Below, in pieces: positions 51,881-64,000 of a stretch of DNA of 64,000 nucleotides. The DNA is taken from assembly GCF_037042905.1 (NCBI RefSeq), contig NC_087245.1, positions 30,072,001 through 30,136,000 on the forward strand, given 5' to 3'. The notes under the pieces are model-generated. The model was not told the origin of the DNA and did no database searches. It saw nothing but the letters and a program-made list of their open reading frames with translations. How positions within the stretch are numbered: the first letter of the stretch is position 1; each line of letters begins with the position of its first letter. The position numbers and the translations under genes are program-made. This DNA comes from Lytechinus pictus (Eukaryota).

Positions 51881-52698
51881 CAGTGCGTCCCACAAAAAAC
51901 GAAACCGAGATTTATTGATGATTTATCAAAATTCAATCACAAATATAATAGACAAATGACCTACCATTGTAAAGCTTAGAATCTCCTCTTTCATCTAAAA
52001 TAAAGATTATATCTTATTTACGCATGAGTGAGCATAAACAAATTGAAGAGGGGATACCAAAAAGTCATTTGGCAGGCTATATCTGGGTTTCAAACAGAAA
52101 ACCACATTTTTAAAAAGTTCAATATCTGCTCTGAATATGATACCTCAATTATAGAAAATGGTCAAGAAATAACAAAGTTCTGGTTATTTGAATTAAGGCT
52201 TAAATTTCAATGATTTCATACAATGAAGAGGTTCTACGGGCTAGCGTTCAAACTCACTTGACCCTCCATTTTGTTGACGATCAGCCATGCATTAAGTCTT
52301 TTGTTAACCATGCGATAGCTTCTGTGGGAAACCGGTGAAAACACATTTATTTAATGAAATTATGGAAATACAAGCATTGTTTCGAGGGAACATAACTTTT
52401 TTACTTCTTGACCATTTTTTGTGAGTAAGGTATCAAATAAAAGAGCAGATATTGAACTTTTTAGGCATGTGCTTTTCCTTTTGAAATTCAATTACCCCCC
52501 GCCAAATGAGTTTTTAGTATCCTTTTTTTTTTAATTGTTTTTGCTCACTCATGCGTGAATGAGGAATAATCTATGTAATACCAGATGAAAGACGAGATTC
52601 TTAGCTTTACATTGGTAGGTCATTTGTCTATCGTATTTGTGATTAAGTTATGATAAATCATCGCTTCATCTCGGTTTCATTTTGTCTGGGATGCATTG
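51881..52698. mobile_element. Tc1/mariner-like MITE with long imperfect TIRs
   Basis: CAGTGCGTCCCACAAAAAACGAAACCGAGAT / ATCTCGGTTTCATTTTGTCTGGGATGCATTG, TA flanks. Confidence 0.8.
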
Positions 52699-52738
52699 TA
52701 TACATATATATACATATGTATATATATATATATACATG

Positions 52739-52770
<32 letters not shown>

Positions 52771-53289
52771 TGTATATATATATATATATATACATATATC
52801 TGTATGAGACTGCAGTTACTGAAAAGTGCTCAACTGCGTGTATATAGGAGTCTCATGTAGTATAATAATAGGGTGAAGCGAGTTGCTTAGATTTTAGTTG
52901 TACAGACCGTTTCCCTTGAGGGTTTATCAGCAACTAAATCAAATTTAACGTTGAACTAATGTGCAGCTAAAAAGAACATACAAAATACACAAGTAAGGGG
53001 GATAAATGACTACAGTGAACAGTTAAAGGGATGGTCCGGGCTGAAAGTATGTATAGCTTAATAAATAGACTAGAATTAACTGAGCAAAATGCCAAAAATT
53101 TCATCAAAATCGGATAACAAATTACAAAGTTATTGAATTTAAAAGTTTAGCAATATTTGTGAAAACAGTTGTCATGAATATTCATTAGGTGGGTTGATGA
53201 TGTCACATCCCCACTTGTTCTTTTGTATTTCATTATATGAAATTAGGTTTATTCAAACTTTGTAAAATGAAAAATACAAAAATAAAACT

Positions 53290-53635
53290 CATCTCTCTAA
53301 GTATACATGGAAACTAAAGGAAGCTAACACCAAATTTGAATTAACTTGGGGAATAGAGAAGAAGTCTAACACAGAAAGAGTGGGCTCTGCAAACTCTGCC
53401 TTGAAGAGTAGTACAATCATTATCACCAATAGCAAAAAGTGTCTCAACAAAAGATCAGAAATAATATCAAAGTGCCGCCACAGACACCTTTCAAGACCCC
53501 CCAGAAAACCAATCAGGTGTGACGACCCATCGCAGCACGCAGACACAACAAAGTCGTCAAATTATTAGTCTAACTGAAGATCGCCGAAAGCGTGAAACCG
53601 ACGGTAGTAGACCGAACTGACCAAGGTATGAATAT
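53290..53635 (+). pseudogene. Penelope-like element 3' fragment (GIY-YIG endonuclease C-terminus plus pLTR)
   Basis: LSKYTWKLKE..KFELTWGI...CKLCLEE*...CLNKRSEIISKCRH, with frameshifts, followed by a hammerhead motif. Confidence 0.85.
53567..53612 (+). ncRNA. Minimal type I hammerhead ribozyme
   Basis: gtcta-a-CTGAAGA-t-cgc(cgaaa)gcg-t-GAAA-ccg(a)cgg-TA-g-tagac. Confidence 0.75.
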
Positions 53636-53636
53636 G

Positions 53637-53678
<42 letters not shown>

Positions 53679-53699
53679 GTATATTTATATATTATACAA

Positions 53700-54302
53700 A
53701 TATACTTTGCCTTTAGAGTTTCTGGTTAAAACTATGGGCAAGAGGTGACTCCAGAATAGTACTATTCACTGAGGGGCGCCGCAGCCCTGAAGTGGATGGT
53801 ACTATTGGAGGCACGGAGGCCCATAGTTTTAACACGAAACTCGAAATTATGGCAGAGTATATTTGTTTTATATTTTGGATCAAAAATTTTAAACAAAAAG
53901 AAAAAACAGAATAATGGCTTACCTTTTATCCTCTCTTGTCACTCTGATGGTCTTGTGCTATTTTCTTAAATAATATCCAATTTTAATGAAATCCAAGTTT
54001 TTGGTCATTGAAAAACGTAGCCGCGACGTCGCGAGAGTCGCTCATTGTAAGCACTCGAGCTCTCGTATACTCCGCTGAATGTTGATGATTTTGATATCAC
54101 GCGGATCAGGCAAATGGCACCGTGACGTCATTTCCCCAAATAGTAAAACAATTTGGGGAAATGACGTCACAAAAATGATGTAATTTTCCCAAATAGTATG
54201 CCTAGCTGCAAAAATTCCAAAATAGTTGAAAATACACATAATCACGTGAAGCTCTTTTAGCCAATGACCGGAGGATAAATTTTTGATCCAAAATATAAAT
54301 AT
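53700..54302. mobile_element. Non-autonomous element with a long terminal hairpin and asymmetric 22-bp inverted repeats
   Basis: 53700-53862 folds as an imperfect hairpin; TTATATTTTGGATCAAAAATTT (about 53868) pairs with AAATTTTTGATCCAAAATATAA (about 54277). Confidence 0.55.
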
Positions 54303-54929
54303 AATTAGATCAATGAAGGTGAAATTGTAGGAATCTAAATATATGATTAAGTTGTATCCATGTTTAATAACATAAAATGACATGTGACCTTCACTTGGTT
54401 ACCAAACACTTTTTTCCCTTGATTGGTATTAAGAATATATGTCAAAGTAACGCTAACAAATTAATACAAAAGATCAGGGTGAAATTTCAGTCCCACTCTC
54501 TAATCTCTAATCTTCAGTTCGTTCGAATTCGTGGACATCCACTCATTATAGGGATTTTTTGCAACCAATACGTAGACGTCTTCTTTACCGCAGATATACT
54601 TTTGTCGAAAGCCCTTCATGACAGAGCAGTTTTTGTCGAAAATCGGTGAATCAAAACAGCAGTGTCGTCCTGGAATCTGGACAACCGAAATTGATTGGAG
54701 GATCTGCTGTCCCGGTCCACCAACTTTCGACAAAAGCCTTTCAGCTGTGTAATGTGATTTGACTTCAAATTGACTTTCAATACATTGACCACGTTGCAGA
54801 ATCCGTCACCAATGCGATTCCGGAAACTCCCCAATGTTTCTCACTGACATTTTAAGTGGCCATTAATATGTATTTTCATCAACCCTGTCACTTCCCGTAA
54901 AGGGGTACTCTGGGCTGAAAATAACTATA

Positions 54930-57900
54930 TGTGACTCGTCCTGTCGAAAGCAGACAGAATTCGATTTTTTCAAACATAATTTTTCTAAGGGACATAGTAT
55001 TTGCTGAGAAAATAGTCTTTAAATGTCCCAGGTACGAGAGTTCATAAAAAGTATTTTTACGAGAAAATCGCTCCTGAAGTTTCGCCCGCTTTCAGACTTC
55101 TCGGAGCCTTTTTCACATGTTTCACGCGGAAACTCATTCTTTCATTGACTGAAAGTGCTTAGCAACCGTCAATGATTTACAATAAAATTGGGTTTTCCTG
55201 AATCCTTGAGATCTCTCCTCAAAGAAAATAAGTTTTTGTAATCGTTTCAACCATTAATTATACGTTTTTTTAAGAGAGAAACACAAGCTATTTTATTGGA
55301 CCGTGAGGCATTTTGCGCGGCTTTTGCCGTGTCTGGTATTGTTCTCTGTCTATTGTCACATTGTGCTTTCAGGTGCGATTGTGCGTGGCGTCCATGTTGA
55401 ATGCGGACTGAACCTTTTTGAGTCTATACCAGCGCCTGTATCGGCCCTATACTACCATGAGTCTAATCCGGGAGTTTTATCTGCTATCTCCTCATTTTTT
55501 CTTCTCCTTCTTCGCTTCCTTCTTTTTTGAAGTTATTATCAATTTCGTGGCATCTTAAGAACTTTCATCACCTTTATGAGAAGAGTTTAAAACGTAAAAT
55601 TCCGGGGTAAAATGGGTAAAGCGAACTGTGTTTATACCACCGTAAAAAACAACACACAGAGGCACACGCCGTCTTTGTTTTTATTCCGCTTTATTTTTCT
55701 TTCATGAAGGATATTTTTACAGATGTGTTTCTTAAAATCATGCAAGAAGTCTAACATCCCCCAACTCATAGACCCCGTTTTTTGTTAAGAACGTGTTACG
55801 TTTAACTCTTAGTGTTCGTTCTCTTTAAAATTGACTAACAAAACTCACTTTCACTGCCGATCAATCTTTTAAGGATTTAAAAAACTTTCTTTTGAAAATG
55901 TTAAAAACGCTAATGAAAATATCGTAATCATGATTATAAGAAACTTTCTTAATTCTGCATATCCTCGATAATTTCAATGAAATGAATTAATCCTCACATA
56001 CGACCGGTTTTTCTAATACGTCTTGTTCTTGGTTATTTCGCGTTCATTGTTCATTATAAGATCTGTCTTTTTTTCTACGTAAAGGCCTATGCTTGCACCA
56101 TCAAAAGTAATAATAGGAATCTGGACAGATTGGTTTCTTATTTATTTTTGTTATGATTGTGTTGTTTGTATTTCGTCATAAAGGCCTACTTAAGCCAGAC
56201 ACAGATGCTAACTCGAACATAATTGTTTGTTTTTTATTATGATTTTCTATCATAACTTTTTTATTAAACCACAAGCAAGATTCAGTATTGATGCCATGTT
56301 TTTTATCAACCATCAAAGAACGCTATTATGCCTGTGACAAATTAAGATTAAGCTTATTAGTCATTATTCTTGAATTGGTTAGAAAATATTTCATTTTAAT
56401 AGCCAGTACTATTGAGATACGGATAAAAGATCAAGCTCCTAATATATTTTTATATTGTATTTAAAAAAAAATTATCATTCATAATCAACATTTTTACCAT
56501 AACAGGCCTATCATCATTATCATTGTTATTTTATATCTATGATTATTGTTATTATCGTTAGTATTACCGTCATTGTTATTTCCATGATTATTATTTTTTC
56601 AATTATTAGGTGGTCTGTCTATGACAGATCACCTCTTGATTTCGCCAGAATTTTCTTTCTTTATTCTTTATTCTTTATTCTTTATTTATTCTTTATTCTT
56701 TATTTATTTTTATTTCTTCCGTACACTTTTTTGTACACACGTTCACTCGAAATCGACATGGTCAATTTCCTTCAAATTTCTGTCAGTCATCAAGCCCTAT
56801 GATTTCAAGTTAAATCAACTTTTTCAAGGTCATTAGGTCATCGTGACGTCATCCAGGCGCCATTTTGTAAAAATCAGGTCAATATCATATCTCGATAACG
56901 AGTCATCAAAAATCAACTATATTTGGTATACATCAACTTCAGGTCAACGGTCAACTAAAAATTTCATCAAATTCCGCGCGCGCACCTCGACGCGCACGTA
57001 CGCGCGCATTAAAATTTTAAAATGCTCAAATTCGTTCCAAATTAATTTTCCATACGTTTCAGGCCATTTTAAGCATTTTGCAAAAAAACGCGCGCACGCA
57101 CATGCGCGCGCGTTTTCGCGCGTAATTGCATCTTCCAACATAGAATCGCCAATTTTTTTTATATCAATGCACCGATAATATAATTCTGAACAATTTGATA
57201 CCTTGATCAACCTTCTACGACAAGTAATAACGAAATTATCACCCGTTAAACTTTGCAGCACGTGTGCGCGCGAGCTCTCACTACAGGCCATATATGGGCA
57301 AAAACATGTCTATTGAAAATTCACTGTAGCTCTTTAAATAGTCCGTTGACCCCAAATTTTTCCACACTCTTGGATATAGTCAATATCTCATTTGGAGATT
57401 TTGTGATGACATCAAAATTACATTCGAAGTTAAAAAAATTTTTTTTTTGGCAATTTATCAATGTATTTATATATATTTGGCTGTATCTTCGTTATTAGTG
57501 GTCGATTTTCTCTCAAATTTTGATATGATGTAGTGAAGACAATTCTCTACAAATAACGTGTGACTAATTTTCACTTTCGACCACAGCATCAGTGTGTTAT
57601 GACTTGTTTAAGTTTTTGCTATTTTTTTCTGGACCTAATTTTTGGGAATTTTTTAAAGAAAATGCTTCATTAATCAATTGTACGGTCTTGCTGAAATTTT
57701 TAAGCCCACCTGCTTTGCGGTTACTTATGTAGAACATATTTTGTAATTTTGCCGGAACTTTTTAAGGGGCAATTTTAACATTGTTAAACATCATTTATGT
57801 ATTTTTGTAGTAAACGCTGCAATATTTAAACGCTATTGGGTTGAACATTTTTATTCCGGACATTTTGCGGAAATTCCTCGATTTTTTTTCTGTTTGTTCA

Positions 57901-60900
57901 TTTTTACTAAATATAACATATAACAAATTTTCAGGTACCTTCTGTGAAATGAAAAAAATTGTGCAATTTAGTTAATTACACATGTTCCCGAAATTTTGCG
58001 AGAAAATCGCCAGTATTTGAATCTTTTACCTGACTTTTTTCAGTAAAAATCATCAAAAAGAATTTTCAAGTAAATGTCAAAGTCATACACAATGAATAAA
58101 AAGTTATTGAAAATTCTTGACGGAAAATATTATTTGAAATGTTTAGAAATTTGCAGAAATTTGGCAAACATTTACAATAAAAATTCTACTTGGTACTTTT
58201 ATCAAATACATCACTGATGAGTTTTGATGTGAATGCTGTGAAATTATAGCATTGTGAAACTTCTCATTAAAATCTATTGAAATGTAGCAGAAAATTTGAA
58301 CAAAAATATTTAAGATATTTTAGTTTTCAAATAGTATCACCTATAAATTTTCAAGTATTCTGTGAAATTAATACCCACTGACATTGTGAAATGTCAGTGG
58401 GTGAAATCTTTAAAAAAATGCTCAAAGTACAAAGAATTTTTACAAAGATTTTGCATAAAAAACATCAAACTGTCGATTAAAAATTAGCTGCTGTGAAAAT
58501 TAAGGCGCCTAACATTGCGCAATGTTGTAAAGCCAATTTCGGTAAAATCGTCTGGAGATTTTTGAGGAGTTTTTAAGGCATTTTACGTGCTCCTAACTTT
58601 ATTTCGTATTTAACATATTGCATTATTACCACCATCATTATAATCATCACTACATTTATAATCAAATTTAGCAATTGTCAAAATTTGTTCCTTTGATATC
58701 TATGATCAAGATTATCAATCATATCTGAATGATTCATTCCCAGGATTCATTTTATAGAACATTAGCCGACAATGAATGAAGAATCATGACAGACCACCTA
58801 ATTCGTCCGCATGACGAATTAAAATCTAGTTATGATTATCGTTGGTGATGGATTAAGCCATCAATTTCTTTCTTTTTCTTACATAATTCACCATTGTGAA
58901 AGGGGCTTCACTTGGATAGCGCAAACTTTGACGATCGATTTAGTTTTTTTATTTATTCTCTTTAAAACTAATAGATTGGCACACGTTCACGGACTATCAA
59001 TATTTTCTAAAGATTTGAAAATCTTTAATTCTTTTGAAAATGCCATCTCCGAAAAAAAAAACGTTTTAAATAATGAAAAGATCCTGATCATGGCCTATGA
59101 TAGAGAAAGTACCTGTTATCATTGTCTCCTTGATAGTATCCTTTGTAATTCTAAGGAAATTAATCCTCATAAAAAAACGTGTTTTGAATACGTTTTGCCC
59201 TTGGCTTTTATTTCGCGATTATACTCGAGCTCATTATCCATCGCCCACGCCCCCGCCCAGCCCAGTGCCACTATCGCCATACCTACGCCTTTAGAATTCG
59301 CATCCTCTTTGTAAACTTTTCTTAAAAACATGCTTTTGAGAACACTAAAAGCGATGTTTTTGATCTATCTATTTGAAGCGCGGGCGGGAAGGCGAGGGGG
59401 TGCTTCCCTTTCTTTACCCCAATCTAGCTTTTATAATTAGAAGAAGAAAAAAACCTAAGCCTTTTGAAGTATTTTACAAAAACTTTGCAACTGGCCTGGC
59501 GCAGGCCGGGAGCATCCCCACCCCCATCGCTACATCCTGGACTATCTTCATTGTTCATTATCAAACCTGTTTTTTTTTTCTACGTAAAGGCCTATGCTTG
59601 CACCATCAAAAGTAAAAAATAGGAATCGTAACAGATTGTTTTTTAAATTTATTTTTGTAATGATTGCGTTGTTAGCATTTCGTCATGAATAGGCCTACCA
59701 AAGCCAGACACAGATGCTAACTCGAACATGCTTGTTTTGTTTTTTATTATTATTTTCTATCACAATAACATTAAACCACAAGCAAGATTCAGTATTAATG
59801 CCATGTTTCTTCTCACCCACCAGAGAACGTTATTATGCCTATAGGCCTATAGCAAGAAAACACTAAGATTAAGCCTAGTAGTTTATGATTCTTAAATTGA
59901 TTAGAATTATTTTATTTTGATAGCCATAACTGTTGAGATACGGAAAAGGCAGTACAAGCTCAAATTGGTTTTAATATTTAATTATTGATTTTGTTTTAAT
60001 TATCACAATTATCATTTTCACGATTATCATCAAGATCATCCCTGTAATTATAATTGTTATTTTGTATTATCATTATTATTATCTCCGTTAGTATTATACT
60101 ATCATTATCATTGTAGTTACCCTGAATCACGATTATCGTTGGTGATTGTGATTGATTAAGCAATCAATCTTTTTTTCTTGTTTCATCTCTCTTTTGGATT
60201 TGTTGGTATCTTTGTTAACATTTCGCTAATGCTATCGTTTCTTCAAACGACATGAGAAAATTTGACGGCGAGAGGTTTGAATCATAGAGGGTTTGATATG
60301 ATTCTAATCCCTATAAGTTCACAAAGTGTACAGTAAACAATATACCTTTCCAGATCCCACTTTCCCTATCTTGAATAAGTGATTATGAGTTCTAGTTCAG
60401 TTCAGTTTTTATTTTTCTTCTCATTTCCCCAAAAATACAAAATTCATACAAGTATCATGACAATAATGCAACGTAGAATACATGCAATGTACCTTTCAGT
60501 TATATTTATATATTTTCAGTTACATTTATAAATGCGAACCAAAATTGATAAAAACTCATTGCAATAAAAAAAAACTATGGTGAATTAATAACATTTCGCT
60601 GGAAATGGAGAGGTCCACATAGAAGCTGGATCGTAGACCCCTCGGATAACAATAGTTATAATGAATTACATATGAAATAGATACCTATGACAATGGCCAA
60701 CAGAGAGAACCATACAAAAAAAATAAGACATGGGAATACACAGTGAACCAACAGAGTAAGGGGAGAATGATAGATTTTATCTCTTTCGTTCTCTTGAACT
60801 TAATAAATCAACACGCATTCACTGACGATCAATATTTTAAAGGATTTGAGAATCATTCTTTTGAAAATGCCATCTCAAGTTTAACGCTAAATGAACAAAA

Positions 60901-61600
60901 TCCTGATAATGGGCCTAAGATTAAATAAAAGATTATTTCTCGATTCAGCATATCCTTTGTAATTTCAATGAAATTAATCCTCACTTACAAACCGTGTTTT
61001 GAATACGTTTTCTCCTTGGCTTTTATTGAGACCCAATAATCGAGCTCATCGCCCACGCCCCCGCCCTTCCCAGTTCTATTACAACCTCCCCGCCCGCGCT
61101 TCAAAAAGATAGATCAAAAGCATCGCTTTTCAAAAGCATGCCTGTTAAGAAAGATTTACTAACGGGATGCGAATTCTAAAGGCCTGAGGCCTTAAAAGTT
61201 TACTAACGGGATGCCAATTTTTAACTCCAGCTCATCGATTTCAGCTAAATAATCCCCTTCATGCACCGGCTGCGTGTGAGTACTATGAATAGCCAATCAA
61301 CAATGGCGTACGTTGCTAGGGGCGGAGCTTAGTACAGCGCGAAAATCTGAGCTTGCTGAACGAGCGGAGTGTCAGAAAAGTTCGAACTGATCGAAAAAAA
61401 ACACTCGCAGAAAAACGGCTTTTCGACACTTTCCCGTTATCATTTTCGATTGATTTTTTTACAGAGTATACTTGAAACATTAAAAATCCCTAAAATGTAA
61501 AAAAAATTTTTTCGACATTATTGAAGATTTTTAGCATTTTACCCATTTTCTCAATTCGGTATCGAGCGACTTCTGTCTGATTTAGACAAATCATGTCACA
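54930..61600. mobile_element. 6.7-kb non-autonomous TIR element inserted at TA in a TTAAAGG-type (Kolobok-like) repeat
   Basis: Imperfect 30-bp TIR TGTGAC..TGTC.AAA.CAGACAGAA at both ends; the host repeat (compare 53022-53130) resumes after 61600; internal duplications. Confidence 0.55.
56607..58830 (+). mobile_element. Solo family A Helentron/DINE-1-like element
   Basis: Single head at 56607 and tail with hairpin and CTAG ending at 58829. Confidence 0.85.
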
Positions 61601-62164
61601 TATACATGTTTAAATAAATAAAATAAAAATCACAAATCAAAATTTCGTCAAAACCCGAATGGAGTTGTCCACAAAATTAGCCACTTTGAAAACATGTCTG
61701 CCGATTGGATGATCCCTATAAAAAGCGTAAAAAGACTTTTCAACCTTTCATAACTCTCTTATTTAACAACCGGTTTTTTAATTGGGTTTTTGGTTTTGTT
61801 AGCGAGTGTGTTTAAAGGGAGAGTTAACCATTTCGTGGATAGAATATTCGATTTCTATTCCGTTTTGTCCTTGAGTATCCATGAACATGAATCGTAAGAA
61901 CTGGGGTGTTAAAACCGACAGCAGTTGGTATCCCTATGCTCCCTGAGGTGTTACAATTACACCCATGTAGATTAAATATTACACCAAAGAGTGTAAAACT
62001 AACTACCAAATATATATCTGTATGTGTTGGATTAACACCAAAGCAAAATGACCCGGTGTGACCATCTAGTTACATAAACACCGCAGATTTTGCTTTTTAG
62101 GGCTACAATAAAAATAATGTACAGCAGATGCGGTAACCGTACAAAACCGAAGAAAGATCATTAC

Positions 62165-62479
62165 CATCATCGCACCGGATCCGTACTTGCATCTTATATA
62201 AATCACGGTGATCTCTTACGTTCTTAAACGAAAAATCTGATTTGTCCATGTACATACTGGTCGCTTCAAAGTCACTTTTATAGAAGTTGACAAAGGATGT
62301 ATCCTTTGAGGTCCCTTCAAAGAACACTATGTCTCTGATTTGACGGTCTATAAAGACATCGACGCCACAAGATGGAGTTCCATGAATGCGCCAAACCTGC
62401 CAACGGAAATGCGGCGTAGGCCTGTATTCCATCTGCCAGTCCTCTCCTTCAGATAGGTAGACATGTGTCAAGTATGTTT
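62165..62479 (-). CDS. Coding exon: divergent CUB-like module (105 codons)
   Basis: Acceptor ttttcatttcAG, donor GTAATG, 315 nt open, phase 1-1; (E)TYLTHVYLSEGEDWQM...QVWRIHGTPSCGVDVFI...LYKMQVRIRCDD. Confidence 0.75.
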
Positions 62480-64000
62480 CTGAAATGAAAAGCAAGAATC
62501 CACCTCCTTGTCCTGGCAGTTAGACACAATTACACATGAAGTACAAGCTGTATAATATTCCACAAATATGAAGTTGGTCCCTTCTTTGGGGTCCGAAAGT
62601 GTTTCAGTCACCCGGAAAAGTTTGACTTTATATCGCGCTGGAATTCCTAGTTGCTTACGGTAGATATGCAAATGATTTTGCAATCAGGGTTCCCCAGCTG
62701 TCTCATTGTCATTTATACAATAAGAATTATGTTTTTTTTATAGATCTTTTTATTATTCTCTTTTAATTTTATGTTTCCGACAAATGAAATGTTATTTTTT
62801 TTATGTCTCCGCCCATCGCAGGTGGTTGTGAGAGGCTTTATGTATTCTGATCGTTGATCTGTCCATCTCGATCTCTTTCTCGCAATTAGAGTAGTGTACA
62901 GATGGGGGGGGGGGGGGCTTGGGGTGCTTCTCCCCCCCCCCATATAAATCATGACCAAGAAAAAAAGAGAAGAGAGAAATACAGTATTATTTTCTGAAGA
63001 TTATGTCAAAATCTTATAAATTTTGCCCGATAGGCCATATCTCGCTCCCTCAAAATGTTTGGCTCATTATGCTACTGTGCGGTTAATATAAAGAAAAGAA
63101 CTGACCGCACAAAAACGTTGTTAGCACTAACAGAGGGCCTGTTACAACCGGTAGTGTAGCAGCGATGCCTAATGTTGGAACAATTCATTACTTACACATT
63201 GTAGTCAGGTAGATATGATCAAAATTGTTGCATGATCGTCAAGTTGGGTATGAATGCGATTTTTTTTTTGCACCCTTGGGCATTTTTGTTTTATTGACGT
63301 CATAGGCCACGCCCACATTTTCACATACCTCTTAAATAGGAATTTCATATTTTAACGAATAAGCATGTCATGTTTGGTATAAAATTAAAGCTGATAAAAT
63401 CAAATGTAAATGTATGGATCACTAGACATTTTAATCACGCATAGGTCAGTTAAAGGCCATTTTAGGTCATAACATGTCAAATTTCCTTGCAAATGCAAAT
63501 AATTGGAACAAGTTGGATATTATGTGAATTTATTGGCAAAGGTTTAACTGAGGGTGTGCATATTCAAAATCCGACCGGTACTACTTTGGCACCTTGAGGA
63601 ATTTTATTTTTGTGACGTCATAAACTACACCAACTTTCTTACATTCCCCTTAAACTTTTAGTAGAAAATCATGTTTGATATCTAATTCAATCTAATTTAA
63701 ATTAAAATCCACTTATAAAAATCACTAGGCATTTACAACTTTTACAGGGCATGGGACACAAATGTAATTAATGCAACATGTAATGTGGAATATCTCATGT
63801 ATGGTTGAGGGTGTGTATAACATGGATGTGACGGGTTCTAACCTCCTCATCCTTTGGCAATTTCTATTTTCTGACGTCCCGAATCACGCCCACCTTTCAC
63901 ATAGACCTATAAGTGATTATGACAGAATGTGACACTCTATAGAATAAACTTGGTGTTTGGTAACTAATTTAAGCTTGTGGCAAGTAAAATACTTATATAA

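Noticed and set aside
54500..54850. GC-richer segment with short minus-strand ORFs as a possible extra exon
   Set aside because: No convincing splice sites or recognisable domain, and an in-frame stop; it may be an unidentified decayed fragment.
30282..57291. Recurrent short ORFs MTSSRRHFVK... and MAYSESSRAH...
   Set aside because: They recur only because they lie in copies of the family A repeat; lengths and frames differ among copies.
62468..62683. ORF upstream of the 62165-62479 exon
   Set aside because: Different frame and crosses a strong splice acceptor; interpreted as intron.

Overview
AT-rich animal genomic DNA, probably an invertebrate deuterostome such as a sea urchin (inferred from repeat content, not demonstrated). 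Most of the window is intronic and filled with nested transposons. Five phase-1/phase-1 coding exons on the minus strand alternate between very divergent CUB-like modules and EGF modules, and appear to belong to one modular extracellular protein gene that extends beyond both ends of the window. The roughly 40 kb gap between the first two exons holds a foldback-type element containing a self-nested stack of Helentron/DINE-1-like elements, and a Tc1-like element containing a DIRS1-type retrotransposon, which in turn contains a Gmr1-type (PR-IN-RT-RH) Gypsy element. That Gypsy element's 5' LTR is collapsed to a 29-bp inverted hairpin while the target-site duplication and primer-binding site are intact. 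Other notable items are two Penelope-associated minimal hammerhead ribozymes, two identical tRNA cloverleafs with a UCA anticodon, a 7SL-headed SINE-like element, and BEL/Pao and RTE remnants.
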